Assembly: GCA_902541175.1 (NCBI GenBank)
Contig: CACBPP010000001.1
Location: 134,923 to 198,922 of the forward strand
DNA length: 64,000 nt
Direction: 5' to 3'
Origin: an uncultured SAR86 cluster bacterium
GTDB lineage: Bacteria > Pseudomonadota > Gammaproteobacteria > Magnimaribacterales > D2472
Shown one piece after another: positions 1 through 9,670 of the stretch. The first letter of the stretch is position 1. Each line of letters begins with the position of its first letter. The notes under the pieces were generated by a model. It was not told the DNA's origin. It saw nothing but the letters and a program-made list of their open reading frames with translations, and searched no databases. Made by a program: the position numbers and the translations under genes.

Positions 1-207
1 TATTTAAAGTTAAATGAAACTGCAGCGAAAGTTGCAAGAGTTGTAAGCGATATTCAAAAAGAATTTTCTAATCTAGATTTAAGTACAGAATCTGTAATAA
101 AAAGATTAGATGGCGCTTTAAAGGATGTTCAAAAACTTCAAACTAGGGTAAATGTTCTAGGAAATAAACTAGAAAAAGGCGCAGAAAGTTTAGACGAAGA
201 GCAATAA
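1..207 (+). CDS. C-terminal fragment (68 codons) of a CDS that begins upstream of the window; product not recognisable
   Basis: Frame 1 is open from nt 1 to TAA 205-207 (...NKLEKGAESLDEEQ*). The stop overlaps the next ATG as TAATG. It is absent from the ORF track because it has no start in the window. Confidence 0.45.
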   Translation, partial: YLKLNETAAKVARVVSDIQKEFSNLDLSTESVIKRLDGALKDVQKLQTRVNVLGNKLEKGAESLDEEQ

Positions 208-1757
208 TGCAAAATTTGAGATTATGGAAATATATTTCATTACCATGGATTATGTTCACATTTATTTTCTTTATTATCTTTTTTATTATTGCTTTTACTA
301 ATGACATTGATATTGAATTCTTATCAAATAGATATTTATTAAGTCTATTCAAAAACACAATTTTCTTGTCTTTTGGATCTGCTTGCATATCTATGCTTTT
401 AGCTGTTCCGTTAGCAATATTAGTAACTTTTTATAAGTTTCCAGGATGTAATTTTTTTAGTTGGGCTTTAAGTCTTTCAATAGCATTTCCTGCATATGTT
501 TATGCATTTATTTTTGTTGGAATGTTTGAATACTCAAGTCCCATATCTGAATTTTTAAGAAATTTTGGTATGGCTCTTCCATCAATAAAAAATATATTTG
601 GCGCATCTCTGATAATGTCAATGGCATTATTTCCCTATATTTATCTTATAATCAAAGCTCAACTTTCATCAGTTGGTATTAAGATATTTAAAGCAGCAAA
701 ATCTTTAGGTGACTCGAATTTAGGCGCTGTAAGAAAAGTAATACTTCCATCATTAAAGCCGGCAATTATAGGAGGAATGGCCTTAGTAATCTTTGAAATA
801 ATCGCAGATTTTGGCGGGGTATCAACTTTAAGGATAGATACATTTACAGTTGGCATATATGACGCCTGGTTTGGATATCAAAGTTATTTTTCTGCAGCTA
901 GACTGGCTGGATATCTTTTAATATTTGTTATTTTCATTATGCTACTTTCTAAATACTACGCAGATAGTCCACGTGGGGTTGCTACAAGAACTGCAGAATT
1001 GATAAATAAAGTTGAACTAAATAAATCTAAACAAATAATGTTCTCATTAATATGCTCATTAGTATTTTTAATTGTATTTTGCCTACCATTATTTCAACTT
1101 ATTTATTGGCAGTTATCTGAATCAAGTATCAATCTTCTTAGTAATATTAACTTATTAATAAATTCTTCGATTCTAGGTTTCGCCGTTGGCATTTTTACAA
1201 TCTTTTTCGCAACTGCTCTTTCACTATCCTATAGACAGTCAAGTAAATTAAAATCATTAATTTCAATTTCCACATCAGGTTATGCCATCCCAGGGTCTGT
1301 AATATCTGCAGGACTTTTAATTGGCTTTGATACTATCTTTGGTACTTCTATTACAATTTATGGAATATTTGGTTTAATACTTTGTCTAGGTTTGAGATTT
1401 ATGACACCTGCTTATAATTATTCTAGTTCCTCTTTGGCAAATATATCCAAATCATCAGAAAATGCATTATCTCTTATTCCAAGCAATCCTCTGAAGGCAT
1501 TTAGTTCATTTTATTATCCACAAATGAAATCAGCCTTATTTCTAGGGTTCATGATTGTCTTTATTGAGTGTGTGAAAGAACAACCAGCAACTCTTCTTCT
1601 AAGACCAGTTGGATTTGATACCCTTTCAACAAAAATTTATAACTTTACAAGTGAGGGAGAATGGGAGATGGCAGCAAGTCCAAGCCTTTTATTAATATAT
1701 TTAAGTCTAGCATTTGTATATTTAATTAATAAAAGTATTGACCTAAATACTAAGTAA
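207..1757 (+). CDS. ABC transporter permease, duplicated two-domain type (FbpB/ThiP-like; iron(III) or thiamine class)
   Basis: 516 aa and highly hydrophobic, with about 12 predicted TM segments in two similar halves. Translationally coupled to the upstream ORF. No ATPase gene follows. Confidence 0.65.
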   Translation: MQNLRLWKYISLPWIMFTFIFFIIFFIIAFTNDIDIEFLSNRYLLSLFKNTIFLSFGSACISMLLAVPLAILVTFYKFPGCNFFSWALSLSIAFPAYVYAFIFVGMFEYSSPISEFLRNFGMALPSIKNIFGASLIMSMALFPYIYLIIKAQLSSVGIKIFKAAKSLGDSNLGAVRKVILPSLKPAIIGGMALVIFEIIADFGGVSTLRIDTFTVGIYDAWFGYQSYFSAARLAGYLLIFVIFIMLLSKYYADSPRGVATRTAELINKVELNKSKQIMFSLICSLVFLIVFCLPLFQLIYWQLSESSINLLSNINLLINSSILGFAVGIFTIFFATALSLSYRQSSKLKSLISISTSGYAIPGSVISAGLLIGFDTIFGTSITIYGIFGLILCLGLRFMTPAYNYSSSSLANISKSSENALSLIPSNPLKAFSSFYYPQMKSALFLGFMIVFIECVKEQPATLLLRPVGFDTLSTKIYNFTSEGEWEMAASPSLLLIYLSLAFVYLINKSIDLNTK

Positions 1758-1761
1758 ATAC

Positions 1762-2247
1762 ATGCAAGATAACGAATACAGATTGAATGTTGGTGTAATT
1801 GTTGCTAATAAACAAGGAAAATTATTGTTATGTAAAAGAAAAGGTATAAATAGTTGGCAATTTCCTCAGGGAGGAATTGATTTTGGAGAGAATTCCCTGA
1901 AAGCCGCTAAAAGAGAGCTATTTGAAGAAGTTGGCATAAGCTCAAAATCGGTAAGACTTATCGACTCAATTGACGATTGGTTAAAGTATGATATTCCCAA
2001 AAAAAGCAGAAGAAAAAAAATATTTAAAACAAATTTTAGGGGCCAAGAACAAAAATGGTTTTTATTTAAATTAAAAGAAGATGTAGAAATATCTTTTGAT
2101 AATGATCCTGACAATGAGTTTGATAGTTTTAAATGGGTGTCCTACTGGTACCCTCTCAATGTAATTATTTCATTCAAAGAAAAAGTCTATAGAGAGGCAT
2201 TAAATAAATTAAAATATTCTTTCTGTAAAGAGTTTGATAATGTTTGA
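1762..2247 (+). CDS. rppH: RNA pyrophosphohydrolase RppH (NUDIX)
   Basis: YRLNVGVIV...SWQFPQGGIDFGENSLKAAKRELFEEVGI matches the RppH N-terminus and Nudix box. Position near lgt-thyA is as in E. coli. Confidence 0.85.
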   Translation: MQDNEYRLNVGVIVANKQGKLLLCKRKGINSWQFPQGGIDFGENSLKAAKRELFEEVGISSKSVRLIDSIDDWLKYDIPKKSRRKKIFKTNFRGQEQKWFLFKLKEDVEISFDNDPDNEFDSFKWVSYWYPLNVIISFKEKVYREALNKLKYSFCKEFDNV

Positions 2248-3028
2248 TGAAATTTTAATATTTGGAGTGCTTGGGATTCTTTCAGGATTGCTAGCTGGTA
2301 TGTTTGGCATCGGTGGGGGACTTATAATGGTGCCAGTTCTGATTGGTACATTTATAAACCTTGGATTTGAAAATGAGATTATCGTTCAGCTTGCAATTGG
2401 TACATCAATATCTTGTATTATCTTTACAGGACTGTCTTCAGCAAATGCCCATAGAAAAAAGAATGCAATTGATTTTGATAGCTTCAAGCCTGTTGCGTCT
2501 GGAATAGTATTTGGCGCATTTTTAGGAGCAATATTTGCAGTCCAAATTGATGGATTGGTATTAAAAATTACAATAGCAACATTTGTATTAATTGTTGGCA
2601 TAGATATTCTCTTAAATAAAGATTTTTTGCAGAATATGATACGCCTAAAATCAAAATCAATTTTTGTTGGTTCTGGTATAGGTTTTTTATCTTCAATTTT
2701 GGGTATCGGAGGTGGGACTTTTTCAGTTCCATATTTCAAGGGTTCTGGGCTTAATCTTACCTCTGCAATAGGCACATCAGCAGCATGTGGAGTACCTATA
2801 GCTATTTTTGGGACATTAGGATATGTTCTTGCAGGCATTAATCAAAATATGTTGCCTAATTTGAGTTTTGGATATGTATATTTACCAGCTCTTTTAGGAG
2901 TTTCTCTTACAAGTATTTTTTCTGCAAAATATGGAGCAGATATCGCACATTATTTATCTCAAGCAACATTGAGGAGACTTATGGCAGGTTGGTTTTTTAT
3001 AATATCAATATATATGTTTGCAGTATGA
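2240..3028 (+). CDS. TauE/SafE family sulfite-exporter-like membrane protein
   Basis: About 8 TM segments with repeated GIGGG motifs (GMFGIGGGLIMVPVL, LGIGGGTFSVP). I prefer ATG 2240 over the track's TTG 2234. Confidence 0.7.
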   Translation: MFDEILIFGVLGILSGLLAGMFGIGGGLIMVPVLIGTFINLGFENEIIVQLAIGTSISCIIFTGLSSANAHRKKNAIDFDSFKPVASGIVFGAFLGAIFAVQIDGLVLKITIATFVLIVGIDILLNKDFLQNMIRLKSKSIFVGSGIGFLSSILGIGGGTFSVPYFKGSGLNLTSAIGTSAACGVPIAIFGTLGYVLAGINQNMLPNLSFGYVYLPALLGVSLTSIFSAKYGADIAHYLSQATLRRLMAGWFFIISIYMFAV

Positions 3029-3822
3029 CAATTGAGCTATCAAATTTCTTTAATAACCCTACTCTTATTGAACTTGGGCCATTAAAAATTCAGTACTATG
3101 CAGTGACATGGTTGTTGTCTGCATTATTGATCTACATTTTTTTAAAAAATAACAGAACTATAAAAGAAATAGGCCTTAATAAAGATGAAGTAAATGATAT
3201 GGTTTTTCTGTATGGATTATTCTTTGGAGCGATTTGTGGTGGAAGAGTCGGTTACATGTTTATATATGGGTCAGAACAGTTAATGAATAATCCCTTATCT
3301 TTATTTTATGTTTGGCAGGGTGGACTGAGTTTTCATGGTGGTTTAATTGGAGTAATTATTAGTCTAGTTATCTTTTGTTATAGGAAAAATATAGAGTTAT
3401 TAAAATTACTTGATGGTGTTGCTTTGGCAATGCCTATTGGTCTTGGCTTGGTAAGAATTGGTAATTTTCTTAATGGAGAATTATACGGAAAGGCAACAAA
3501 TGGCGATTGGGGTTTTATATTTCCTACTGATCCTTTTGGCATTTTAAGACATCCATCCCAAATTTATGAGAGCTTTGGTGAAGGATTATTTTTATTTGCG
3601 ATCTTATTAATAATTTCCAATAAAACAAACATTAAAGGTGTTGTTTCATCTTCATTTCTTATTTTTTATGGATTAATAAGATTTATAATTGAATTCTATA
3701 GACAGCCTGATGCCCACATGGGTTATATTGCTTTTGATTCATTAAGCATGGGGCAGATCTTATGTATTCCAATGATTATTATTGGAATTTGTATATTAAT
3801 ATATTCAAGGAAAAATTCATGA
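3025..3822 (+). CDS. lgt: Prolipoprotein diacylglyceryl transferase
   Basis: Motifs GGLSFHGGLIG, RIGNFLNGELYG and RHPSQIYE. Start set at ATG 3025, which forms an ATGA overlap with the previous stop. Confidence 0.9.
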   Translation: MTIELSNFFNNPTLIELGPLKIQYYAVTWLLSALLIYIFLKNNRTIKEIGLNKDEVNDMVFLYGLFFGAICGGRVGYMFIYGSEQLMNNPLSLFYVWQGGLSFHGGLIGVIISLVIFCYRKNIELLKLLDGVALAMPIGLGLVRIGNFLNGELYGKATNGDWGFIFPTDPFGILRHPSQIYESFGEGLFLFAILLIISNKTNIKGVVSSSFLIFYGLIRFIIEFYRQPDAHMGYIAFDSLSMGQILCIPMIIIGICILIYSRKNS

Positions 3823-4682
3823 AAGCATACTTAGACCTTCTTCAATACATCCTTGAGAATGGGGAAGAAAAAAGTGATAGAACAAATACAGGAACAATAT
3901 CTTCTTTTGGTCATCAGCTGGAATTTGATCTAGAAAAAGGATTTCCTGCTGTTACTACTAAATCACTCGCATGGAAAGGTGTAGTATCTGAACTTTTATG
4001 GTTCCTTGAAGGCTCTGAGGATGAAAGAAGGCTTGCTGAGATAAGATTCAATAAAGACAGATCAGAACTAACAGATTTAGAAAAATTTTCAACAATTTGG
4101 ACAGATAATGCAGATAATCAAGGAAAAAAATTAGGATATGAAAACACTAAAATGAAAAAAATTCTTGGTCCTGTTTATGGCGTTCAATGGAGAAATTGGT
4201 GTGGAATTGATCAAATTGAAAATTTATTAACTAATTTAAAAAATAATCCAGATGGAAGAAGACATATTCTTTCTGCTTGGAACGTTGGTGAGTTAGATAA
4301 GATGGCGCTGCCTCCATGTCATGTTATGTCACAATTTTATATTCATAATGAATCAATAAGTTGTCATATGTATCAAAGAAGTGCTGATATGTTCTTGGGT
4401 GTTCCTTTTAATATTGCCAGCTATGCATTGCTATTATCTATCTTTGCTGAAATTCTAAATTTAAAGCCTAAAAGATTTATTCACTCTTTTGGTGATGCTC
4501 ACATATATAAAAACGCTGTTGAGCAAGTTAAGGAACAAATATCCAGAAATCCAAAACCTCTTCCAATGCTAAAAATGCCAAAAATTTCAAATCTAAATGA
4601 TTTAAGTAATTTTTCTGTAGATGATTTTGTTTTAAATAACTATGACCCTCACCCTCCTATAAAAGCAAAGATGGCAATATGA
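3819..4682 (+). CDS. thyA: Thymidylate synthase (ThyA, long form)
   Basis: Motifs DRTNTGT, catalytic LPPCH and YQRSADMFLGVPFNIASYALL. Start at ATG 3819 forms an ATGA overlap with the lgt stop. Confidence 0.95.
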   Translation: MKAYLDLLQYILENGEEKSDRTNTGTISSFGHQLEFDLEKGFPAVTTKSLAWKGVVSELLWFLEGSEDERRLAEIRFNKDRSELTDLEKFSTIWTDNADNQGKKLGYENTKMKKILGPVYGVQWRNWCGIDQIENLLTNLKNNPDGRRHILSAWNVGELDKMALPPCHVMSQFYIHNESISCHMYQRSADMFLGVPFNIASYALLLSIFAEILNLKPKRFIHSFGDAHIYKNAVEQVKEQISRNPKPLPMLKMPKISNLNDLSNFSVDDFVLNNYDPHPPIKAKMAI

Positions 4683-5188
4683 AATTAGTTATTTCCCATG
4701 TTGTGGCTCTTTCAAACAATAATGTTATTGGAATAGATAACAAACTTCCATGGAATCTTAAAACTGATCTAAAGCATTTTAAAGAATATACTTCAAATAA
4801 AATCATATTAATGGGAAGAAAAACTTATGATTCTATTGGAAGGCCTCTACCTAACAGATTAAATTTTGTTGTTTCGACTTCAGTTAATAAGATTGAGGGA
4901 GCGACAGTATTTCAAAGCACGCAAGAAAGTATCGATGCTGCAAAGCAAAAATGTCTTGAAGACCATAATTATAATGAGATTGTAATAATTGGAGGTGGTT
5001 ATCTTTTCAGAGAAACGCTTGAAATTGCAAATAAACTAGTTTTTACAAAAGTCGATTGTGAAATAGAAGGTGATGTATATTATCCTGATGTAAATCTTGA
5101 TGAATGGGTAGAAAAAAGTTCAAGGTATTTCTCAAAGGACTCTGAAAATGATTATGATTTTGTGGTGAAAGAGTATGAGAGATATTAG
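4679..5188 (+). CDS. folA: Dihydrofolate reductase
   Basis: GIDNKLPWNLKTDLKHFKEYT..ILMGRKTYDSIGRPLPNR and IIGGG motifs. ATGA overlap with thyA. Confidence 0.9.
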   Translation: MKLVISHVVALSNNNVIGIDNKLPWNLKTDLKHFKEYTSNKIILMGRKTYDSIGRPLPNRLNFVVSTSVNKIEGATVFQSTQESIDAAKQKCLEDHNYNEIVIIGGGYLFRETLEIANKLVFTKVDCEIEGDVYYPDVNLDEWVEKSSRYFSKDSENDYDFVVKEYERY

Positions 5189-6624
5189 GAAGAAGATGAT
5201 GAGTTCATTTGAATGAAATCTCTTCTTAAAGCTAGGTTTGCTACTCTTATCTCTTCATTTTCAGTATATTTAATCCAATTATTTGCTTGAGTTTTAATTT
5301 TTTTATCTTTATCTCTAGCAGCAATTCTAAAGTTTTTCTTTGCTTCATCAAACTCTTCTAATTCAAAGTATGCCTGCCCTAAAGTTAAATAAACTTGTGA
5401 TAATTTAGTTATCTTTCCTTTTTCAAGTCCTTTCTTTATTGCAGCAACGGCCTCATTAACTTTATCTTCTGATAAATATAAATTACCTAATAATACATAT
5501 GATTTTCCATCTTTGGACATAGCAGCTGCTTTTTCCAAAACCGGAATTGCCTTATCAATTTCTTGGGCCATTCTCCATGCATCAGCTAGGACTTTGAGAT
5601 TTTTTTCAGTGCTTTTTACAACAGGAACAATTTTTTCTTCTTTTGTCTCTTCGTCAGTAATAGTAATCATTTTCTTTTGACCGGAAACAAGAACCTCTGC
5701 TGCCCAGTATGGATTTTTATTCAATAAAAGAAGTTGTGCTAAAGCTAGATATTCTCCTTCTTTATTTAAGAAATCTTTTTGATAAGCAGTTTTCATAGTG
5801 ATCATATAGTCTCTCTCTCTGCCGAGAGTTCCGTAAGCACCGCCTAACTGAATGAAATATAATTTCTTAGGATACAGATTAACTAAGATTTCATATATTG
5901 GTATTTGTTTAAGAATTGATTCTTTCTCACCTATTTCATCCTTTAATTCACTGTAGCAAGCAGCAAGAAGCGAGTACCAATTTTCTCTTGGTTTGTAGCC
6001 TTCCTCTTCTGCCATTTCAATAGCTGTTTCAAGGGATTTCATTGATTTTCTATAATCTTTAGTTGCGTAGTATGCCTGACCGAGCACTGAATAAGATTGA
6101 GCTGTTACTTTTTCAACTTCATCCATCCATTGCAAAATTAGCTGAATACCTTTTTTGTAATTTTCTTGTGCTAAATTTAATTGTGCTAATGCAAACATAG
6201 CTCCGTTTCTAAGACCAATGGTTACTTCAGGTTCATTCATTAACTTTGTGTAAGCGTCCATCGCTTCTGGGTATTTATCATCGTTCATATAAACATATGC
6301 CCAAGCATTCCACATAACGGACCTATCGTAACTTTTGAGATTATCTTTATTATTTCTTAAATCTGTAAGGACTTCTAAAACAGTTTCCATATCAGGAGCA
6401 GGTTCTCCTTTATCGTCAACCTCTTCAAGTGCTTCATAAACCTTTGCCATTTTTTTAGCAGTTGAAGTTTGAAGAGCCCTAGCTTTTTTGTATTTTATTT
6501 GTTTCTTTGTTTCAGGTTGTGACTGCGCCTCAATATAATTAGAAGATAAGGCAAACATAATTGCTAAGGTTGAAAAAAGATAAATTGTAAGCTTTCTGTT
6601 CATATGCTTTATTTTATTCTTCAT
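5185..6624 (-). CDS. Secreted TPR-repeat protein, terminal gene of the TonB2-type cluster (TtpD-like)
   Basis: Signal peptide followed by repeated TPR-like A/Y/L patterns (GQAYYATKDY, LGQAYFELEEFDEA). Overlaps the tonB stop. An alternative ATG lies at 6603. Confidence 0.6.
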   Translation of the reverse strand: MKNKIKHMNRKLTIYLFSTLAIMFALSSNYIEAQSQPETKKQIKYKKARALQTSTAKKMAKVYEALEEVDDKGEPAPDMETVLEVLTDLRNNKDNLKSYDRSVMWNAWAYVYMNDDKYPEAMDAYTKLMNEPEVTIGLRNGAMFALAQLNLAQENYKKGIQLILQWMDEVEKVTAQSYSVLGQAYYATKDYRKSMKSLETAIEMAEEEGYKPRENWYSLLAACYSELKDEIGEKESILKQIPIYEILVNLYPKKLYFIQLGGAYGTLGRERDYMITMKTAYQKDFLNKEGEYLALAQLLLLNKNPYWAAEVLVSGQKKMITITDEETKEEKIVPVVKSTEKNLKVLADAWRMAQEIDKAIPVLEKAAAMSKDGKSYVLLGNLYLSEDKVNEAVAAIKKGLEKGKITKLSQVYLTLGQAYFELEEFDEAKKNFRIAARDKDKKIKTQANNWIKYTENEEIRVANLALRRDFIQMNSSSSS

Positions 6625-7315
6625 CTAGTATATAGGTAAATCTATGCAATACTCCACTAACTGGCACTGCCCTACCATCAACAATTTTTGGTTTATATTT
6701 TAATTTTAAGGCCGCTCTTGCCGATGCGCTATTAAACATTGTGCAAGGTCTAAATACTGCTGCTGGATCGCTTGGATTAGTATTTGAACAATAGCCCTCT
6801 AAGGTATTTGCATCCTCTACACTACCAGTTTCTGTAATAGTAAATTCAACTAGAGCATAACCCATTGTGCCTCTTTCTTGAGCTCTTCTAGGATATATAG
6901 GTATAACCTTAAAAAGTGGAATATATTCTCCATCTCTAAAAAAAGAGCCTCCAGTTTTAAAGTTAGCTTTAGGTTTTGCGACTGAGACATCTAAACCTGT
7001 TAATGGTTGCAAATCTAATTCAGGTTGTGCAATATCCTCTGGTTGCTCTTCAGGCTTTTCAGGTTTATCTACTTCAGTTAAAAAAGTGTCTATTTGTCTC
7101 TCAGGCATAACAACGTCAGCAAGTTTTACAGAAGTATCTTCTTTTAAACCGCTATCACCTAAAGCAATTAAGATCACCATAATAAAAAATAAAGCTAATG
7201 TTATTAAAGAAGAAAATCCTATACCTGCAGCATATTTATTAGCATTAAAAGCTTTGATATAAAAACCATGAATAGGTTTTGTAACAGAATTTATAGCTGC
7301 AAGAACTTGATTCAT
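6614..7315 (-). CDS. tonB: Energy transducer TonB
   Basis: N-terminal TM anchor, Pro/Glu-rich spacer (KPEKPEEQPEDIAQPELDLQP) and a C-terminal TonB domain (YPRRAQERGTMGYALVEF...KYKP). Confidence 0.8.
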   Translation of the reverse strand: MNQVLAAINSVTKPIHGFYIKAFNANKYAAGIGFSSLITLALFFIMVILIALGDSGLKEDTSVKLADVVMPERQIDTFLTEVDKPEKPEEQPEDIAQPELDLQPLTGLDVSVAKPKANFKTGGSFFRDGEYIPLFKVIPIYPRRAQERGTMGYALVEFTITETGSVEDANTLEGYCSNTNPSDPAAVFRPCTMFNSASARAALKLKYKPKIVDGRAVPVSGVLHRFTYILDEE

Positions 7316-7318
7316 AAT

Positions 7319-7729
7319 TTATTTTGGTTCTGATGCAAGAGAAATTGCATTAACTCCTGCTTCTCTAGCTCCGTCCATAACTTTAATTATGGTATCGGCT
7401 ACCGCTTTTTCATCTGCCTGAATAACAACTGATCCTTTTGGATTGTCGGCAAGCAACTTAACAACATTTGCTTTTACTTGTCTTACATCAATTCTTCTTC
7501 CATCCATCCAAACCTCACCAGTAGGACCCACTGCAATTAAAATCGCTGCATTTTCTTGAGTTTCAGCGGTATCAGAATCAGGTCTGTTAATTTCAAGTCC
7601 TGGTTCCTTAATAAAATTTGCAGTTACAATAAAAAAGATAAGCATGATGAAAACTACATCAAGCATTGGAGTTAAATTAATCTCACTTTCTTCTTCTTTT
7701 ACAGCACTGCTAATTGCATTTCTTCTCAT
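7319..7729 (-). CDS. exbD: Biopolymer transport protein ExbD/TolR
   Basis: INLTPMLDVVFIMLIFFIV TM motif. Size is 136 aa. Sits between exbB and tonB. Confidence 0.9.
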   Translation of the reverse strand: MRRNAISSAVKEEESEINLTPMLDVVFIMLIFFIVTANFIKEPGLEINRPDSDTAETQENAAILIAVGPTGEVWMDGRRIDVRQVKANVVKLLADNPKGSVVIQADEKAVADTIIKVMDGAREAGVNAISLASEPK

Positions 7730-7744
7730 TTAATCGCCCTCCTC

Positions 7745-8275
7745 CTATAATTCTCTTTTAATTAGCTCTCTTAAATCATTTGTATGTCTATCAGATGCAC
7801 TACTTAAATATATCGTTGCAAATACTCCTGATAGTGCTACAACCATACCCGCCATTGTAGGTAGAGTTGCTTTAGAGACACCGCCAGCCATTGATCTAGC
7901 ATCACCACCGCCATTGAAAGCCATTACCTGAAAAACCTCTATCATTCCAGTCACTGTTCCTAAAAGTCCAAATAAAGGGGCTAAAACAACACAAGTCTGA
8001 ATAATTGATAAATTTTTATTTATTTCTACTTTAGCCTGAGAAAGCATCTTTTCTCTAATTTGAAGAGCATGCCATGAGGTTTTGTCACTTCTGTTGTTCC
8101 ATTTTGCAGAAATATCCTGAATATAAAACTCGTGACCATGAGAAAAGTACCATATTCTCTCAAAAATCATTGCCCACATAAAAAATACTAAAATAGCTAT
8201 TAACCATAAAACACTTCCACCAGCTTCCATAAAATCCCTTATGGAAGAGAATGCTTCGGTTATAGCGAAAAACAT
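7745..8275 (-). CDS. exbB: MotA/TolQ/ExbB proton channel protein ExbB
   Basis: LAPLFGLLGTVTGMIEVF signature and 3 TM segments. Confidence 0.85.
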   Translation of the reverse strand: MFFAITEAFSSIRDFMEAGGSVLWLIAILVFFMWAMIFERIWYFSHGHEFYIQDISAKWNNRSDKTSWHALQIREKMLSQAKVEINKNLSIIQTCVVLAPLFGLLGTVTGMIEVFQVMAFNGGGDARSMAGGVSKATLPTMAGMVVALSGVFATIYLSSASDRHTNDLRELIKREL

Positions 8276-8284
8276 AATTAGTTT

Positions 8285-9670
8285 CTAGCTTCCTTCTGCT
8301 CTTTCAGCAAGAATACCTGTACTTTGTTCTTCTAGCACACTGATAATTCCTTTAGCTGATGAAGCTGTAAATGAATGTAACAATGTTGTTGGTATAGCAA
8401 CTAACAAACCTAAAACAGTAGTTACAAGTGCTTGTGAAATACCACCAGCCATTAATTTAGGATCACCAGTTCCGTATAATGTAATCATTTGGAATGTAAC
8501 GATCATACCTGTAACGGTTCCCAGTAGACCTGCAAGTGGAGCAACAACAGAGATAATTCTAACAGCACTAATACCTCTTTCTATGGAAGGTCTCTCCGCC
8601 ATAATTGCTTCCGCAAGTTTGAGCTCTAATGTGTCTATATCTTTTTTAAAGTTTTCTTCGCCAACTTTAAGAACTCTTCCTAGTGGGTTTCTAACATCAA
8701 GAGTTTTAGATCCTGCTTGAGCTCTCACAGCTTTTCCGAGTATATATAAACTATATAATTTCCAGAATGCTAGACCAATACCAATTAAACCAACAAAAAT
8801 AATGGCGTAACCGACTTCTCTACCTTGAGCTGCTCTTTCAGCTAATGATGGAGTTTGTATTAGGTTTGCCAATAAACTTCCACCCGTTGGGCCAGTAGGA
8901 TCAACACCAAATCTAACTTGTTCACCAACATCAGCATTTCCAACATTCTTTGCTGTTTTTGTATATCTTCCAGCAGGCTGTCTGGGTAGAAATGCATACT
9001 GTCCAGTTGCAGCAACATATTCCAAATACTTACCATCACATACAGCATTAAATAAACCAACTCTTGTTACATTACAAGTAGAAGATTCACCATCAACATC
9101 AATAACAGTTGTATCAAAAGAAACTACTTGTCCACTGGCAACCATTTCTCTTTGAAGTTCATACCATAGTCCCTCTATCTCTCTAATTGTAGGTAATTCT
9201 GTTGTTTCCGACATTTTAGAAGTCAAATTATTTAAAAAATCTACTCTTTCAACTCCATATTGTGGGCTGGTTAATGATCCAGAAAACTGAACAGCTGCTT
9301 CACCAGCAGAACTTTGAAGATGACCAAAAAGCTCAACTAAAGAACCAAGTTCTTTTTGATAAGCTTCTTCTTTTACTCTAAGAATATCCTCATTTTTCTT
9401 ATATTCTGCTTCTAACTGATCTGCAATTCTTTCTTGCCTGGCTAGTTCTCTTTTTTCAGCAGCTAAGATTTCAGCTTGCTTATTTTTATTTGCCATAAAC
9501 TGAGCTTCACGATCAGCATTTGCTGATTGCTCTTTAGTTTTGCCTTCTTTTACAAGCATTAGAAGAGCTTCAACAGTAGAAATTTCTGTTTCCTCTCCTT
9601 CTGAATCCTGAGCAAATATAGTATTAATTGTTAAAGAAAGAAGGAATAAAATTGATAAATAATTTTTCAT
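8285..9670 (-). CDS. Large MotA/TolQ/ExbB-family protein with a long periplasmic coiled-coil N-domain (TtpC-like)
   Basis: Signal peptide, then about 300 aa of charged coiled-coil region. The C-terminus carries APLAGLLGTVTGMIVTFQ and GGISQALVTTVLGLLVAIP. Confidence 0.8.
   Translation of the reverse strand: MKNYLSILFLLSLTINTIFAQDSEGEETEISTVEALLMLVKEGKTKEQSANADREAQFMANKNKQAEILAAEKRELARQERIADQLEAEYKKNEDILRVKEEAYQKELGSLVELFGHLQSSAGEAAVQFSGSLTSPQYGVERVDFLNNLTSKMSETTELPTIREIEGLWYELQREMVASGQVVSFDTTVIDVDGESSTCNVTRVGLFNAVCDGKYLEYVAATGQYAFLPRQPAGRYTKTAKNVGNADVGEQVRFGVDPTGPTGGSLLANLIQTPSLAERAAQGREVGYAIIFVGLIGIGLAFWKLYSLYILGKAVRAQAGSKTLDVRNPLGRVLKVGEENFKKDIDTLELKLAEAIMAERPSIERGISAVRIISVVAPLAGLLGTVTGMIVTFQMITLYGTGDPKLMAGGISQALVTTVLGLLVAIPTTLLHSFTASSAKGIISVLEEQSTGILAERAEGS

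Noticed and set aside
2386-2838. A 150-aa antisense ORF inside the TauE-family gene. Similar long antisense ORFs occur at 17153-17509, 18754-19065 and 37812-38171.
   Set aside because: Each is fully nested opposite a gene with strong family motifs. Their products are low-complexity with no recognisable domains. Shadow ORFs in the antisense frame of codon-biased genes are expected. I see no independent start or SD context.
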